Origin: Cylindrospermopsis raciborskii Cr2010
GTDB taxonomy: Bacteria; Cyanobacteriota; Cyanobacteriia; Cyanobacteriales; Nostocaceae
Assembly: GCF_003367075.2 (NCBI RefSeq)
Contig: NZ_CP065936.1
Span: forward strand, 2,490,001-2,522,000
Direction of reading: 5' to 3'
DNA length: 32,000 nt
Shown: positions 18,007-27,114 of the stretch, piece after piece
Position numbering within the stretch: the stretch's first letter is position 1
How the letters are laid out: every line of letters begins with the position of its first letter
Position numbers and translations under genes: made by a program
The notes under the pieces: model-generated
Databases searched by the model: none
What the model was told of the DNA's origin: nothing
The model's input: only the letters and a program-made list of their open reading frames with translations

Positions 18007-18942
18007 TTAGTCATTAGCATGAATACGGGAGTAGAAGTCTTCCACAGTCATCTTTAACCCGGTTTGTAGAGAAATTGTTGGTTCCCAATTTAACCAGGTT
18101 TTGGCCCTGGTGATATCGGGACGACGACGACGGGGATCATCTGCGGGTAGGGGTGTAAATTTAATTTGCACCTCTGGATTAATCATGTTTTGTATTGTCT
18201 GGGCCAGTTCTAAAATTGTGTATTCTTCTGGATTTCCTAGGTTGACAGGACCAGTGTAATCACCATTCATTAATTTAATTAAACCTTCTACTAGGTCTGA
18301 AACATAGCAGAAACTCCGAGTTTGTTGACCTTCCCCATATACAGTTAGGGGATTACCCCTCAAAGCTTGAACTACAAAATTACTAACCACCCGACCATCG
18401 TTTTCTAACATCCTTGGTCCATAAGTGTTAAAAATTCTAGCTACCCGAACATCTACTTTATTTTCTCGGTGATAGTCAAATGTTAATGTTTCAGCAACCC
18501 TTTTACCTTCGTCATAACAGGAACGAATCCCGATGGGATTTACACTACCACGATAGTCTTCCGTTTGGGGATGGATTTCTGGATCTCCATAAACTTCGCT
18601 AGTAGATGCCAATAAAAATCTAGCTTTGACTCTCTTGGCTAAACCTAACATATTCAAAGTTCCCATTACATTTGTCTTGACGGTTTTAATGGGGTTGTAT
18701 TGGTAATGTACTGGGGATGCGGGACAGGCTAAATGATAAACTTGATCTACTTCTAAGCGAATTGGTTCGGTAATATCATGACGAATAATTTCAAATCTAG
18801 GATTATTTAACCATGACAGCAAATTTTGTTTACTTCCTGTGTAGAAGTTATCAAGGCATATAACTTCATGATTGTTGGACATTAGACGGTCTATAAGATG
18901 AGAACCTATAAAACCCGCTCCACCAGTGACTAAAATTCTCAT
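18007..18942 (-). CDS. uxs: UDP-glucuronate decarboxylase (UDP-xylose synthase)
   Basis: [27 protein letters not shown], and SDR catalytic context SCYDEGKR. Confidence 0.9.
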   Translation of the reverse strand: MRILVTGGAGFIGSHLIDRLMSNNHEVICLDNFYTGSKQNLLSWLNNPRFEIIRHDITEPIRLEVDQVYHLACPASPVHYQYNPIKTVKTNVMGTLNMLGLAKRVKARFLLASTSEVYGDPEIHPQTEDYRGSVNPIGIRSCYDEGKRVAETLTFDYHRENKVDVRVARIFNTYGPRMLENDGRVVSNFVVQALRGNPLTVYGEGQQTRSFCYVSDLVEGLIKLMNGDYTGPVNLGNPEEYTILELAQTIQNMINPEVQIKFTPLPADDPRRRRPDITRAKTWLNWEPTISLQTGLKMTVEDFYSRIHAND

Positions 18943-19040
18943 GGTTGTTTGATTATTATTACTCCTATAGGATATTCATGCTGGTTGCAAATTGAGAAGT
19001 GTGCCAGCCAAATTTGTTCGGTTCTAACTGTTCGTTCTAA

Positions 19041-19751
19041 CTAGGGATGGATCTGACCAAGAATAAATCTTAATTGATCATAATCGTCCTTTAAAAGTAA
19101 ACTTAGGTAGCGACAGGCTTTTACAAGCCATTCTCTGTCTAACTTACGTAATTTATAAACTTCACGAATCGCGGATGCAACTAATGATTCTACTGGTGCT
19201 CCGGGAACTAACAGTAAGGTTCGCAGAAAATCCATATTGTCCGTAAATCTAAGTATAGATTCTGGTCTACACTTATACACTGCCTGATGAATTTGAGGTG
19301 GACGTTGAGGTAAATAGTGATACATTTGTCTTTGAGTAGATATGTCCGATGGTGCCTCAAAACCAACAATAGCAGCTTTAAATTCTGTTTTCAACATGGC
19401 AAATATTTGGGGTTGTTCCTGACGTAAATTTTTTAGGGACAACCCCAGGGCCCGCGCCCGGTGCACACTGTCTATGGGAGCAGTAGTGGCATAGTATACT
19501 ACAGCATATATTTGATTATCGGATTCTTCATCAAAGGCGGAAATCCAGCTACCAAAAGCTGGCATTAGGGGAAATCTTAAATCTTCCGGATCCAAACACT
19601 GAGCCAGAAACTCGGTAGAGCTGGTTTCAATTACCTCAGCAATGTGGTCAGGATGACGATCTTCTGTGGCAAACTGTGGTAAAGGTAAAAACATGTTGAT
19701 ACTGGTATAAGAGAAGAGGGGGGGTGACAATCGTGAGTATAAAATCCCCAC
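19041..19751 (-). CDS. Conserved hypothetical protein; start uncertain (GTG 19751 or ATG 19694)
   Basis: Long ORF co-directional with and just downstream of ndhS. The N-terminal half (IAEVIETSSTEFLAQC...GSWISA...IYAVVY) loosely resembles a HAS-barrel-type fold, from memory only. Confidence 0.5.
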   Translation of the reverse strand: MGILYSRLSPPLFSYTSINMFLPLPQFATEDRHPDHIAEVIETSSTEFLAQCLDPEDLRFPLMPAFGSWISAFDEESDNQIYAVVYYATTAPIDSVHRARALGLSLKNLRQEQPQIFAMLKTEFKAAIVGFEAPSDISTQRQMYHYLPQRPPQIHQAVYKCRPESILRFTDNMDFLRTLLLVPGAPVESLVASAIREVYKLRKLDREWLVKACRYLSLLLKDDYDQLRFILGQIHP

Positions 19752-19764
19752 CCAAACTTCATGG

Positions 19765-19959
19765 TCATTTTCCTTTTTTTGTAGGTATAGTTTCCACTAC
19801 TTCTAATTCCGGAAGGCGAAAGGTGATAATTTTATCCCAGTTACCTCCTTCAAAAAGAACGGCAACTTTACCATCGCTAACCCGTTGTACAAGTCCTTCA
19901 TAACGATAATAAGTGTCTGCAGTATTTTTGACGCGAACAGTAGCTCCAGGTAGAATCAT
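19765..19959 (-). CDS. ndhS: NDH-1 complex subunit S (SH3-like ferredoxin-docking subunit)
   Basis: [47 protein letters not shown] matches my memory of the Ssl0352/NdhS family. The ATG at 19959 has GAGGA 9 nt upstream, so the ORF-track start at 19995 is probably too long. Confidence 0.8.
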   Translation of the reverse strand: MILPGATVRVKNTADTYYRYEGLVQRVSDGKVAVLFEGGNWDKIITFRLPELEVVETIPTKKGK

Positions 19960-20021
19960 GTTTTTATCCTCAAATTTTGTTGTTAGCTTGATCATATAGT
20001 AATCCTAAACTATTGGGTATT

Positions 20022-20030
20022 GGGGGGGGG
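20022..20030. repeat. G9 homopolymer (C9 on the coding strand of the neighbours)
   Basis: Read directly from the sequence. Located between the SEDS gene stop (20040) and the ndhS start. Confidence 0.9.
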
Positions 20031-20039
20031 AAGATCAAT

Positions 20040-21353
20040 TTAGTAGTATTTTTGTTGCTGACGGAAAATGGCTACAGATTCCACTATTCCTAGACTGATA
20101 AAGTTAGTCAACATTGCTGAACGTCCATAGCTCATCCAGGGTAAGGGTATACCCGCCACCGGTGCTAAACCCAGAGTCATACCAACGTTGACAATCAGTT
20201 GAAATACAATCATTGACAATACACCAATAGCTATTAGGGAGCCAAAATTATCTTTGGCAGTTTTGGCCACATGGAGCAACCGCAGGCAAATTAAACAGTA
20301 CAGGGATAAGACTATTAAACAACCAATAAAACCAAATTCCTCCCCAACTGCGGAAAAGATAAAATCTGTGTGCTGCTCGGGAACAAAGTTTAATTGAGTC
20401 ATTGGACCTTTAAATAATCCCCATCCCCACACTTCCCCTGCACCAATAGCAATGCGGGATTGCACCAGGTGATAGCCAGCTCCTAGGGGGTCGTGGTCAG
20501 GGTTCATAAACACAGTCAGTCGGTTTTTTTGATATTCTTTTAAGACATGATTCCAGGCAAAAACCCCCAGTTCACCACCTAACATGTTTAAACTAAAACT
20601 GGTGATCGCACCAATGTTAAATTTCCGCCAGGGTAAATTTAACCACCCTAAAACTCCCATGGCGATCGCCCAGAGTACTCCCAGGGGACTAAAAATGAGT
20701 TCTTTAAAGAGTATAATTGGTTGAGGTAGGGGCCAAGAGATACTAAACAAAATAGCAGATATTACTGGGGAACCCATCAGGATTAACCAAGCAGGGTTAG
20801 CATCCGCCCAGTAAAGCATTCCTATCACTATGGAGGCGAATACTAGTGAGGTAGCTAGGTCTGGTTGTAAAAACACTAGTAACCAGGGAACTCCTGTAAA
20901 TGCTAAAGCTCGAAAAAAATTGTCCAGACTAGAAGCTGTGCGCTTGTGTAAGAGAGCTGCTAGGGTGATAATAATCCCTATTTTAGCAAATTCCGAAGGT
21001 TGTACATTAAACCCTAAAACGCTGATCCATCTTTGAGCTCCTTTAGCACTTGTCCCGACTATCATCACTAAAATTAGGCTGAAAGTAGTCAACCCGTAGG
21101 TGAACCAATGCCATTCTATTAGTTTTTCATACCGAAACCGAGATATGCACAAGGCTATAATCAACCCAATACCGGTAATCAGCCAATGCCACCACCAATC
21201 AGTAACAGGTTGATTTCTTTCTGTACTAAATATCATCAACCCGCCAAATACACTAGCTACCAAAGGTAGACATAATAGCAACCAGTCCATTTGTTGCCAT
21301 GGTTTTATCCAAGAATGCCAAGTAAATTTTCGAGTTGAACGTTTTAATAACAT
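20040..21353 (-). CDS. SEDS family peptidoglycan polymerase (FtsW/RodA/SpoVE)
   Basis: About 10 TM segments. Motifs QPSEFAKI, NPDHDPLGAGYHLVQSRIAIGAG and HTDFIFSAVGEEFGF. I cannot separate RodA from FtsW by eye. Confidence 0.85.
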   Translation of the reverse strand: MLLKRSTRKFTWHSWIKPWQQMDWLLLCLPLVASVFGGLMIFSTERNQPVTDWWWHWLITGIGLIIALCISRFRYEKLIEWHWFTYGLTTFSLILVMIVGTSAKGAQRWISVLGFNVQPSEFAKIGIIITLAALLHKRTASSLDNFFRALAFTGVPWLLVFLQPDLATSLVFASIVIGMLYWADANPAWLILMGSPVISAILFSISWPLPQPIILFKELIFSPLGVLWAIAMGVLGWLNLPWRKFNIGAITSFSLNMLGGELGVFAWNHVLKEYQKNRLTVFMNPDHDPLGAGYHLVQSRIAIGAGEVWGWGLFKGPMTQLNFVPEQHTDFIFSAVGEEFGFIGCLIVLSLYCLICLRLLHVAKTAKDNFGSLIAIGVLSMIVFQLIVNVGMTLGLAPVAGIPLPWMSYGRSAMLTNFISLGIVESVAIFRQQQKYY

Positions 21354-21384
21354 TATACTAATAAACAGTAGATGTTAACACTAA

Positions 21385-22455
21385 TCATGTTAGAGCTGCT
21401 ATAGAAACCTTAGCAGCGATCCCCTGGGCGATCGCCTTCAGGGACTGAGCGGAAACTGAGTCTGGGTGAGAAATGACCACAGGTATACCATTATCTCCAC
21501 CAATTCTGATAGACATTTCCAAAGGTACACGCCCCAAAAGTGGTACTTGCAATTCTGCAGCTGTTTTAGAACCACCACCGGAACCAAAGATGTCATATTG
21601 TTTATCCTGTTGATCCGGAGGGATAAAATAACTCATATTTTCCACAATTCCCAACACGGGGACATTCATCTGTTGGAACATCCGTAAACCCTTGCGGGAG
21701 TCCAACAAAGCTACGGTTTGAGGTGTGGTAACAATCACTGCACCTGATATAGGCACTGCTTGACTTAGGGTTAATTGGGCATCTCCCGTTCCAGGTGGCA
21801 TATCCACGATTAAATAGTCAATTTCACCCCATGCAACCTGATATAGGAACTGACGAATCACACCATTGAGCATGGGACCACGCCAAACAACTGGCTGATC
21901 CCGGTCTATTAAAAAGCCCATGGATACTAACTTCACACCGTAATTAAAAGCTGGTTCCAGGATTTCCCCGTTCTCTGAGGAGCGCACGGCAATTTCTGCA
22001 TCTGCTAAACCTAACATAGTTGGGTCATTAGGACCGTAAATGTCAGCATCTAATAAACCCACTTTAGAACCTGCTTGTGCTAAAGCCACAGCCACATTGA
22101 CAGCTATAGTGCTTTTACCAACTCCACCTTTACCACTAGAAACAGCAATTATATTTTTTACTCCCTGGATACCAGTCCTGTCCGGTAGAGATTTCTGTTG
22201 GGGTATTTCCGCTGTTACCTCGACTGTTATATCTGTAACACCTGGTAAATTACGAATAGCTTTTTTACAATCTTCTACAATAAATTCTCGTAATGGGCAA
22301 GCGGGAGTAGTCAAGACTAAAGTAAAGCTAACTTTGCCACCATCAATTTTTACGTTGCGAATCATATTTAGTTCCACCAAACTTTTGCGAAGTTCTGGGT
22401 CTTCTACTGGACGCAACACTTCCAGCACTGACTGGGAATTGAGGAGATTGGACAT
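21385..22455 (-). CDS. Mrp/NBP35/ApbC-type iron-sulfur cluster carrier ATPase
   Basis: N-terminal DUF59-like domain, deviant Walker A SGKGGVGKST, and the CPxC-equivalent region typical of the Mrp family. Confidence 0.9.
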   Translation of the reverse strand: MSNLLNSQSVLEVLRPVEDPELRKSLVELNMIRNVKIDGGKVSFTLVLTTPACPLREFIVEDCKKAIRNLPGVTDITVEVTAEIPQQKSLPDRTGIQGVKNIIAVSSGKGGVGKSTIAVNVAVALAQAGSKVGLLDADIYGPNDPTMLGLADAEIAVRSSENGEILEPAFNYGVKLVSMGFLIDRDQPVVWRGPMLNGVIRQFLYQVAWGEIDYLIVDMPPGTGDAQLTLSQAVPISGAVIVTTPQTVALLDSRKGLRMFQQMNVPVLGIVENMSYFIPPDQQDKQYDIFGSGGGSKTAAELQVPLLGRVPLEMSIRIGGDNGIPVVISHPDSVSAQSLKAIAQGIAAKVSIAALT

Positions 22456-22529
22456 AAATACCCGCCTTAATCAAATTTAAAAGACTTTAATTTTTACTAA
22501 TTTAAATCTTAACCTTCTGTGGTTAATAG

Positions 22530-23012
22530 TTAAACATTAGATCCCTGGGACATTTCCGCTGCTTCTACTAAACAGCGTGCCACCCGATCTATATATGAAC
22601 CAAACAATGACCAAATTATCGGGGATAACCAACCACGTAAGTCCACTGAATAGGATAAATAACTACCACAGAGAGTAGACTCTATTTGATAAGTTACTCT
22701 TTCTTCTATACCAGGAACTGCCAAAATACGAACGCTTAGCAGTTGTTTAGGATTTACCCGTTCTACGAAAATATGAATAGGAACTGGCCAAAATCTTGAC
22801 ACTGCCTGAAATATTAATCCTGGCTTGGGCACTAAACCTAGGGGTACATTAGTGCTTTTAAACAAGGGATGCCAGGAAAAGTCTGTGAGATCTGACACCT
22901 TGAACCACAATTGATCTACGGAAGCAGAGCTGATTTGTCGATAGGTTCTCATTAGGGAAACGCAAACTCGACGATGCTTACGGTGGAGGAATTTGGATAA
23001 CCAATCTTGCAC
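22530..23012 (-). CDS. SRPBCC-like small protein; start uncertain (alternative ATG at 22952)
   Basis: Size and pattern (VDQLWFKVSDLTDFSWHP) fit a START/Bet v1-like fold. Weak assignment. Confidence 0.45.
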   Translation of the reverse strand: MQDWLSKFLHRKHRRVCVSLMRTYRQISSASVDQLWFKVSDLTDFSWHPLFKSTNVPLGLVPKPGLIFQAVSRFWPVPIHIFVERVNPKQLLSVRILAVPGIEERVTYQIESTLCGSYLSYSVDLRGWLSPIIWSLFGSYIDRVARCLVEAAEMSQGSNV

Positions 23013-23157
23013 TCTTATCTCTCCTATCTACAATTTGTCTGTTTAATGGTCAGCGGTGCATCCTAGACACATTTTCATTTTCCATTTCATTGTAGAACAT
23101 GGGAAGCATCTGAATATGCACAATCGGCCCTTTTCTCACCTGGGTGAACTTAATTTA

Positions 23158-23181
23158 TTCTGATATAGTTTCTGATATAAT
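23158..23181 (+). promoter_or_regulatory. Direct repeat TTCTGATATA-gt-TTCTGATATA, with TATAAT inside the second copy
   Basis: Copies at 23158..23167 and 23170..23179. TATAAT at 23176..23181, about 80 nt upstream of the hemF ATG. Confidence 0.35.
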
Positions 23182-23261
23182 TTTCCCAAACGATTTGTCG
23201 TTTTGATTGACGTAAAACTTCCAACTTCTGTAAAAATTGTAATCTTTAGGTTCGGGAATCT

Positions 23262-24311
23262 ATGTTGACTAACTCGCAAACCCCCACTCTCTCAGCAGAA
23301 TTATCCAAATTTCTTCCCCCCCCTGACTCTCAAACTAGAGCCAGTCAGTTCATGAAACAACTACAAGATAAAATTACTACTGAGTTAGAACTATTGGATG
23401 GTGGGAGCAAATTTACTGAAGACTCCTGGGAGCGTATAGAAGGTGGTGGTGGGCGTTCCCGCGTCTTGCGTGAAGGGGCAGTTTTTGAACAAGCTGGTGT
23501 TAATTTTTCCCAGGTTTGGGGCGATCAGCTGCCACCATCTATTTTAGTTCAGCGCCCAGAAGCTGCAGGACATGGCTTCTATGCTACTGGTACTTCCTTA
23601 GTTTTACATCCGCGTAACCCATACATACCTACTGTTCATTTGAACTATCGTTACTTTGAAGCAGGTCCGGTATGGTGGTTTGGCGGTGGTGCTGATTTAA
23701 CTCCTTACTACCCTTTTGCTGAAGATCCTATTCATTTTCATCAAACTCTTAAAAATGCTTGTGATAAACATCATGTAGATTACTACCCAGTGTTTAAACG
23801 CTGGTGCGACGAATATTTCTATCTTAAACATCGGGGTGAAACCAGAGGTGTGGGAGGCATATTTTTAGATTATCAGGATGGACAGGGTGATATTTATCGA
23901 GGTCCTGATTCCCAGGGGGAAGCTGCTAACTACAGTCGAAATTTGACACCGCTACCCCGTCGTACCTGGGAACAAGTGTTTTCTCTAATCCAAGACTGTG
24001 GTCAAGCATTTATCCCAGCTTATGCACCTATTGTGCAACGTCGCCGAAATACGGAATATGGCGATCGCCAGCGTAGTTTCCAATTGTACCGTAGAGGTAG
24101 ATATGTAGAATTTAACCTAGTTTATGACCGAGGTACGATTTTTGGACTACAAACTAATGGACGCACGGAGTCCATTTTAATGTCCCTACCTCCTTTGGTT
24201 CGCTGGGAGTATGGCTATCAACCACAACCAAATTCTCCCGAGTCCGAATTGTATGAAACTTTCCTCAAACCCCAAGACTGGCTCAATTGGAAGTTACAAT
24301 CTAGTCATTGA
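23262..24311 (+). CDS. hemF: Oxygen-dependent coproporphyrinogen III oxidase
   Basis: [18 protein letters not shown]-like block [23 protein letters not shown], and [22 protein letters not shown]. Confidence 0.95.
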   Translation: MLTNSQTPTLSAELSKFLPPPDSQTRASQFMKQLQDKITTELELLDGGSKFTEDSWERIEGGGGRSRVLREGAVFEQAGVNFSQVWGDQLPPSILVQRPEAAGHGFYATGTSLVLHPRNPYIPTVHLNYRYFEAGPVWWFGGGADLTPYYPFAEDPIHFHQTLKNACDKHHVDYYPVFKRWCDEYFYLKHRGETRGVGGIFLDYQDGQGDIYRGPDSQGEAANYSRNLTPLPRRTWEQVFSLIQDCGQAFIPAYAPIVQRRRNTEYGDRQRSFQLYRRGRYVEFNLVYDRGTIFGLQTNGRTESILMSLPPLVRWEYGYQPQPNSPESELYETFLKPQDWLNWKLQSSH

Positions 24312-24334
24312 GTGTATGTAGCATTGGTATGGGC

Positions 24335-24343
24335 TGGTATAAT
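24335..24343 (+). promoter_or_regulatory. Extended -10 element TGgTATAAT upstream of the STAS gene
   Basis: TG at 24335..24336 and TATAAT at 24338..24343, about 90 nt upstream of the ATG at 24431. No good -35. Confidence 0.35.
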
Positions 24344-24430
24344 AATATGGCAGCAAGACAGCAGCTTTTTAATATTCCAGCCTCAATTGGTAAAAACTGC
24401 TAAAACTATTAGACAAGAATATTAACAAAT

Positions 24431-24784
24431 ATGCTCTCTATACAAGAAAAAAGCTATCAGACTAAAAGCGATGAAACTGTAATTGTTTTAGCACCAGCGG
24501 GTCGCCTTGATATTACAACTGCTTGGGAATTTAGATTAAAGTTACAGGAGTGTATTAGTAAGAAGACTTGTCATCTAGTGGTGAATTTGGGAGGAGTAGA
24601 TTTTATTGATAGCTCTGGTTTAACTTCCTTGGTAGCTGGAATGCGTGATGCAAACAAGTTAAATAGAACTTTTCGCATTTGTAATATTCATCCAGATGCA
24701 AAACTCGTTTTTGAGGTCACCATGATGGATACTGTGTTTGAAATCTGTGAAACAGAAGAGGAAGCTTTTACTATTCCTTTTTGA
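24431..24784 (+). CDS. STAS-domain anti-sigma-factor antagonist
   Basis: 117 aa with the SpoIIAA-like motif VDFIDSSGLTSLV. No partner kinase or anti-sigma gene lies nearby. Confidence 0.8.
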   Translation: MLSIQEKSYQTKSDETVIVLAPAGRLDITTAWEFRLKLQECISKKTCHLVVNLGGVDFIDSSGLTSLVAGMRDANKLNRTFRICNIHPDAKLVFEVTMMDTVFEICETEEEAFTIPF

Positions 24785-24862
24785 ATGCACAACTGAATCT
24801 AAGAAAGGACGGCTTTTTGTTAGAATAGGAAATAACAATACATTGCCCTTAACATTTTCCTT

Positions 24863-25567
24863 GTGAATAACTTCCGTACTGTCTCTGATACAAAGCGAAC
24901 TTTCTATAGCCGTCATACCCGCCCCATCAACACTATTTACCGTCGGGTAGTAGAGGAATTGATGGTAGAGATGCACTTGCTGTCAGTCAATGTAGATTTT
25001 AGCTACAATTCAATCTATGCCTTAGGGGTTGTCACAACTTTTGACCGCTTTATGCAGGGCTACCAACCATCCGAGGATCTAGTATCTATTTTTAATGCCA
25101 TCATTTGTGCTGTGGAGCAGGATCCCCAGGTGTATCACCAGGATGCAGCCAAGCTCAAGGCTATAGCTAGCTCTTTTTCTGTAAAAGACTTAATTGCTTG
25201 GTGCAGTCAAACTACCCCATTGGATCAAGATGCTAATCTGCAAGCGGAACTACAAGCTATAGCCCAAAATCCTAATTTTAAATACAGTCGTTTGTTGGCT
25301 ATTGGTTTATTCTCCCTATTGGAATTGTCAGATCCTGAATTTGTCAAGGATGAAACTCAGCGCAATCAAACTATTGCAGTTATTGCTCAAGGTTTAAAAT
25401 TGTCTGAGGATAAACTAAATAAGGATTTAGACTTATATCGTTCTAATCTTGATAAGATGGAACAAGCACTAACAGTTATGGCGGACATGCTGGCTGCGGA
25501 CAGGAAAAAGCGTGACCAGCGTCAGCAGAACTCTGGTAATCCTCCTCTGGCTCCAACTAATGAATAA
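24863..25567 (+). CDS. thf1: Thylakoid formation protein Thf1 / Psb29
   Basis: N-terminus RTVSDTKRTFYSRHTRPINTIYRRVVEELMVEMHLL is characteristic. C-terminal charged tail. GTG start. Confidence 0.9.
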   Translation: MNNFRTVSDTKRTFYSRHTRPINTIYRRVVEELMVEMHLLSVNVDFSYNSIYALGVVTTFDRFMQGYQPSEDLVSIFNAIICAVEQDPQVYHQDAAKLKAIASSFSVKDLIAWCSQTTPLDQDANLQAELQAIAQNPNFKYSRLLAIGLFSLLELSDPEFVKDETQRNQTIAVIAQGLKLSEDKLNKDLDLYRSNLDKMEQALTVMADMLAADRKKRDQRQQNSGNPPLAPTNE

Positions 25568-25590
25568 TTAGGGGCGTCATTGACGCTGAA

Positions 25591-25616
25591 ATTCCCCGCG
25601 TTTATGCGTGGGGAAT
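25591..25616 (+). terminator. GC-rich stem-loop after thf1
   Basis: ATTCCCCGCG (25591..25600) pairs with CGTGGGGAAT (25607..25616): 10 bp including one G-U pair, with loop TTTATG. No U-tract follows. Confidence 0.35.
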
Positions 25617-25619
25617 CTC

Positions 25620-25677
25620 AAAATAAGAAAACTCCCCTGAACTCGTTTGGTTTACAATCTAATAAAGAGTTTCAGGG
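25620..25677 (-). terminator. Rho-independent-type terminator of exbD
   Basis: On the minus strand CCCTGAAACTC ... GAGTTCAGGG forms a 10-bp stem with a 1-nt bulge. It is followed by GAGTTTTCTTATTTTG and begins 31 nt after the exbD stop. Confidence 0.55.
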
Positions 25678-25708
25678 AAGCAAAAAATAGGTTTTTAAAA
25701 ATCACATC

Positions 25709-26308
25709 TTACCTTTGGGGTACAGGTGTTTGGTGAATAGTAATAGGGGGAGAATTCCCAGCAGTTGGTGGTGTGGGAAGGGCACTTGGTGGATTCAACC
25801 CAGGATCAGCACCAGGAACCGTGGGTAAATTTAGTGGTGGTACAATCGGAGTCCCAGGAAGGTTTAGTGAATCAATCACCGGTTGAGAAGCTCCGGGGAT
25901 AATTCCCAAGGACACTCGGTTTCCCCCCACTTGTCTGAGTAAATCTAATGTTTGAACCACATCATTATAGGTAGCTGTGCGAGAAGCATTCAGAACTAAA
26001 ATACCCTGGGGATTTCCAGTAATATACTGTTTTAATCGCACTTCCAATTGTTCCCTGGTCACCGGATCCTTTTCAATGTAAGTTTTACCTACAGCATCAA
26101 TAGTAACTGGTAAAATGTTACTTGGCTGGGAACTAGCAGCGGAGGTAGTACCTGTGGTAGCTTTGGGTAAATCAACATTAATTGCCTGCTGTCTGGTAAA
26201 TTGCAGTGCTGCTAATAGGAAAAAAGTCAGGATGCAAAAAACAACATCAATCAAAGGAATAATTTGAATCTGAACTTCTTCAATGGGGGTATGCAGGTTA
26301 ACTTTCAT
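25709..26308 (-). CDS. exbD: ExbD/TolR family protein with proline-rich C-terminal extension
   Basis: TM helix with conserved Asp ([17 protein letters not shown]) and a periplasmic domain, followed by an extra tail of about 55 aa ([38 protein letters not shown]). Confidence 0.85.
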   Translation of the reverse strand: MKVNLHTPIEEVQIQIIPLIDVVFCILTFFLLAALQFTRQQAINVDLPKATTGTTSAASSQPSNILPVTIDAVGKTYIEKDPVTREQLEVRLKQYITGNPQGILVLNASRTATYNDVVQTLDLLRQVGGNRVSLGIIPGASQPVIDSLNLPGTPIVPPLNLPTVPGADPGLNPPSALPTPPTAGNSPPITIHQTPVPQR

Positions 26309-27035
26309 TTTCTGGCTCTGATTCTGAACTGGTCACAGGATTTTCAACAGGGTGAGTCAACTCTTCTTCCACTGGAGATTCTTCTGTAATGAAAACAAAT
26401 TCTCTTTTCTTAGACTCAGGTGGAGATTGACGATACAACAACTCTAAATCATTGCCAGCTTTATTAAACACTTTCACTTGATTAACCGCAAAGGATTGAA
26501 ATAGACGATAAAACACTAAGGTGACAATGGCAACTATCAAACCAGAAGCAGTGCTAATTAAGGACTCACCAATACCTGTGGTGACACCCGCTGTAGATTC
26601 TGTACCCAGATCACCAATTTTAATTGCTCGCAAGGATTGAATTAAACCTAAAACCGTACCTAATAATCCTAAGAGTGGTGAAAGCGCGATTACAGATTCT
26701 AGAAGTTTTTCTCCCCTTCTCATTCCTGCTATTTCTTCTGCTGCTGTAGACTCCAAGGCTAGTTTAAAGGTTTCAGCATCACTTTTTTGCAACCGCAGTG
26801 GGGCGTATAGAAAACGACCTATGGGCTGATCAGTGGCTTTTTGGGCAATTTCTGTGGCTATTTCCCAGCTATCTATTGCAGCATCTAGCACTCTTTCTAC
26901 TACTTGTTTTTCTTGGCTCAAAATTCGTAGCCAAAACCACAAACGCTCAAAGATTACACTTAGAGATAGTACGGACAGTACTAACAGCGGCCACATGGCT
27001 GGACCGCCTTTCTTGAACAAATCTAAAATATCCAC
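26298..27035 (-). CDS. exbB: MotA/TolQ/ExbB proton-channel protein with acidic C-terminal tail
   Basis: Three-TM pattern and motif [14 protein letters not shown]. 11-bp overlap with the exbD start. Tail [28 protein letters not shown]. Confidence 0.85.
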   Translation of the reverse strand: MDILDLFKKGGPAMWPLLVLSVLSLSVIFERLWFWLRILSQEKQVVERVLDAAIDSWEIATEIAQKATDQPIGRFLYAPLRLQKSDAETFKLALESTAAEEIAGMRRGEKLLESVIALSPLLGLLGTVLGLIQSLRAIKIGDLGTESTAGVTTGIGESLISTASGLIVAIVTLVFYRLFQSFAVNQVKVFNKAGNDLELLYRQSPPESKKREFVFITEESPVEEELTHPVENPVTSSESEPENES

Positions 27036-27114
27036 TTTTCCAGTCTCCTCACTACACTAAATATAGCAATTATGCTAGAACATTTTTCTTAACCACTAAA
27101 TTCTGGAAAAAAAT

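Noticed and set aside
22040-22480. A 146-aa plus-strand ORF, plus many other 60-110-aa track ORFs nested antisense or out of frame in real genes. Examples are 889..1140, 2775..2957, 3208..3486, 5701..5985, 7434..7898, 8971..9507, 15855..16196, 20830..21036, 26798..27060, 30168..30453 and 31395..31613.
   Set aside because: Each lies wholly inside a confidently identified gene on the other strand or frame. They have low-complexity or odd composition and lack SD or recognisable motifs. This is the expected background of a six-frame scan.
25591-25616. A CRISPR-repeat-like hairpin ATTCCCCGCG-TTTATG-CGTGGGGAAT.
   Set aside because: It is a single copy with no spacer-repeat periodicity and no cas genes in the window. 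It is treated as a thf1 3' hairpin.
27044-27057. TCTCCTCACTACAC, which resembles the conserved Yfr1 sRNA motif (ACUCCUCACAC, as I remember it).
   Set aside because: The match is imperfect. The sequence is simply the complement of the GAGGAG Shine-Dalgarno just upstream of the exbB start (27035), and no flanking stem-loops occur.
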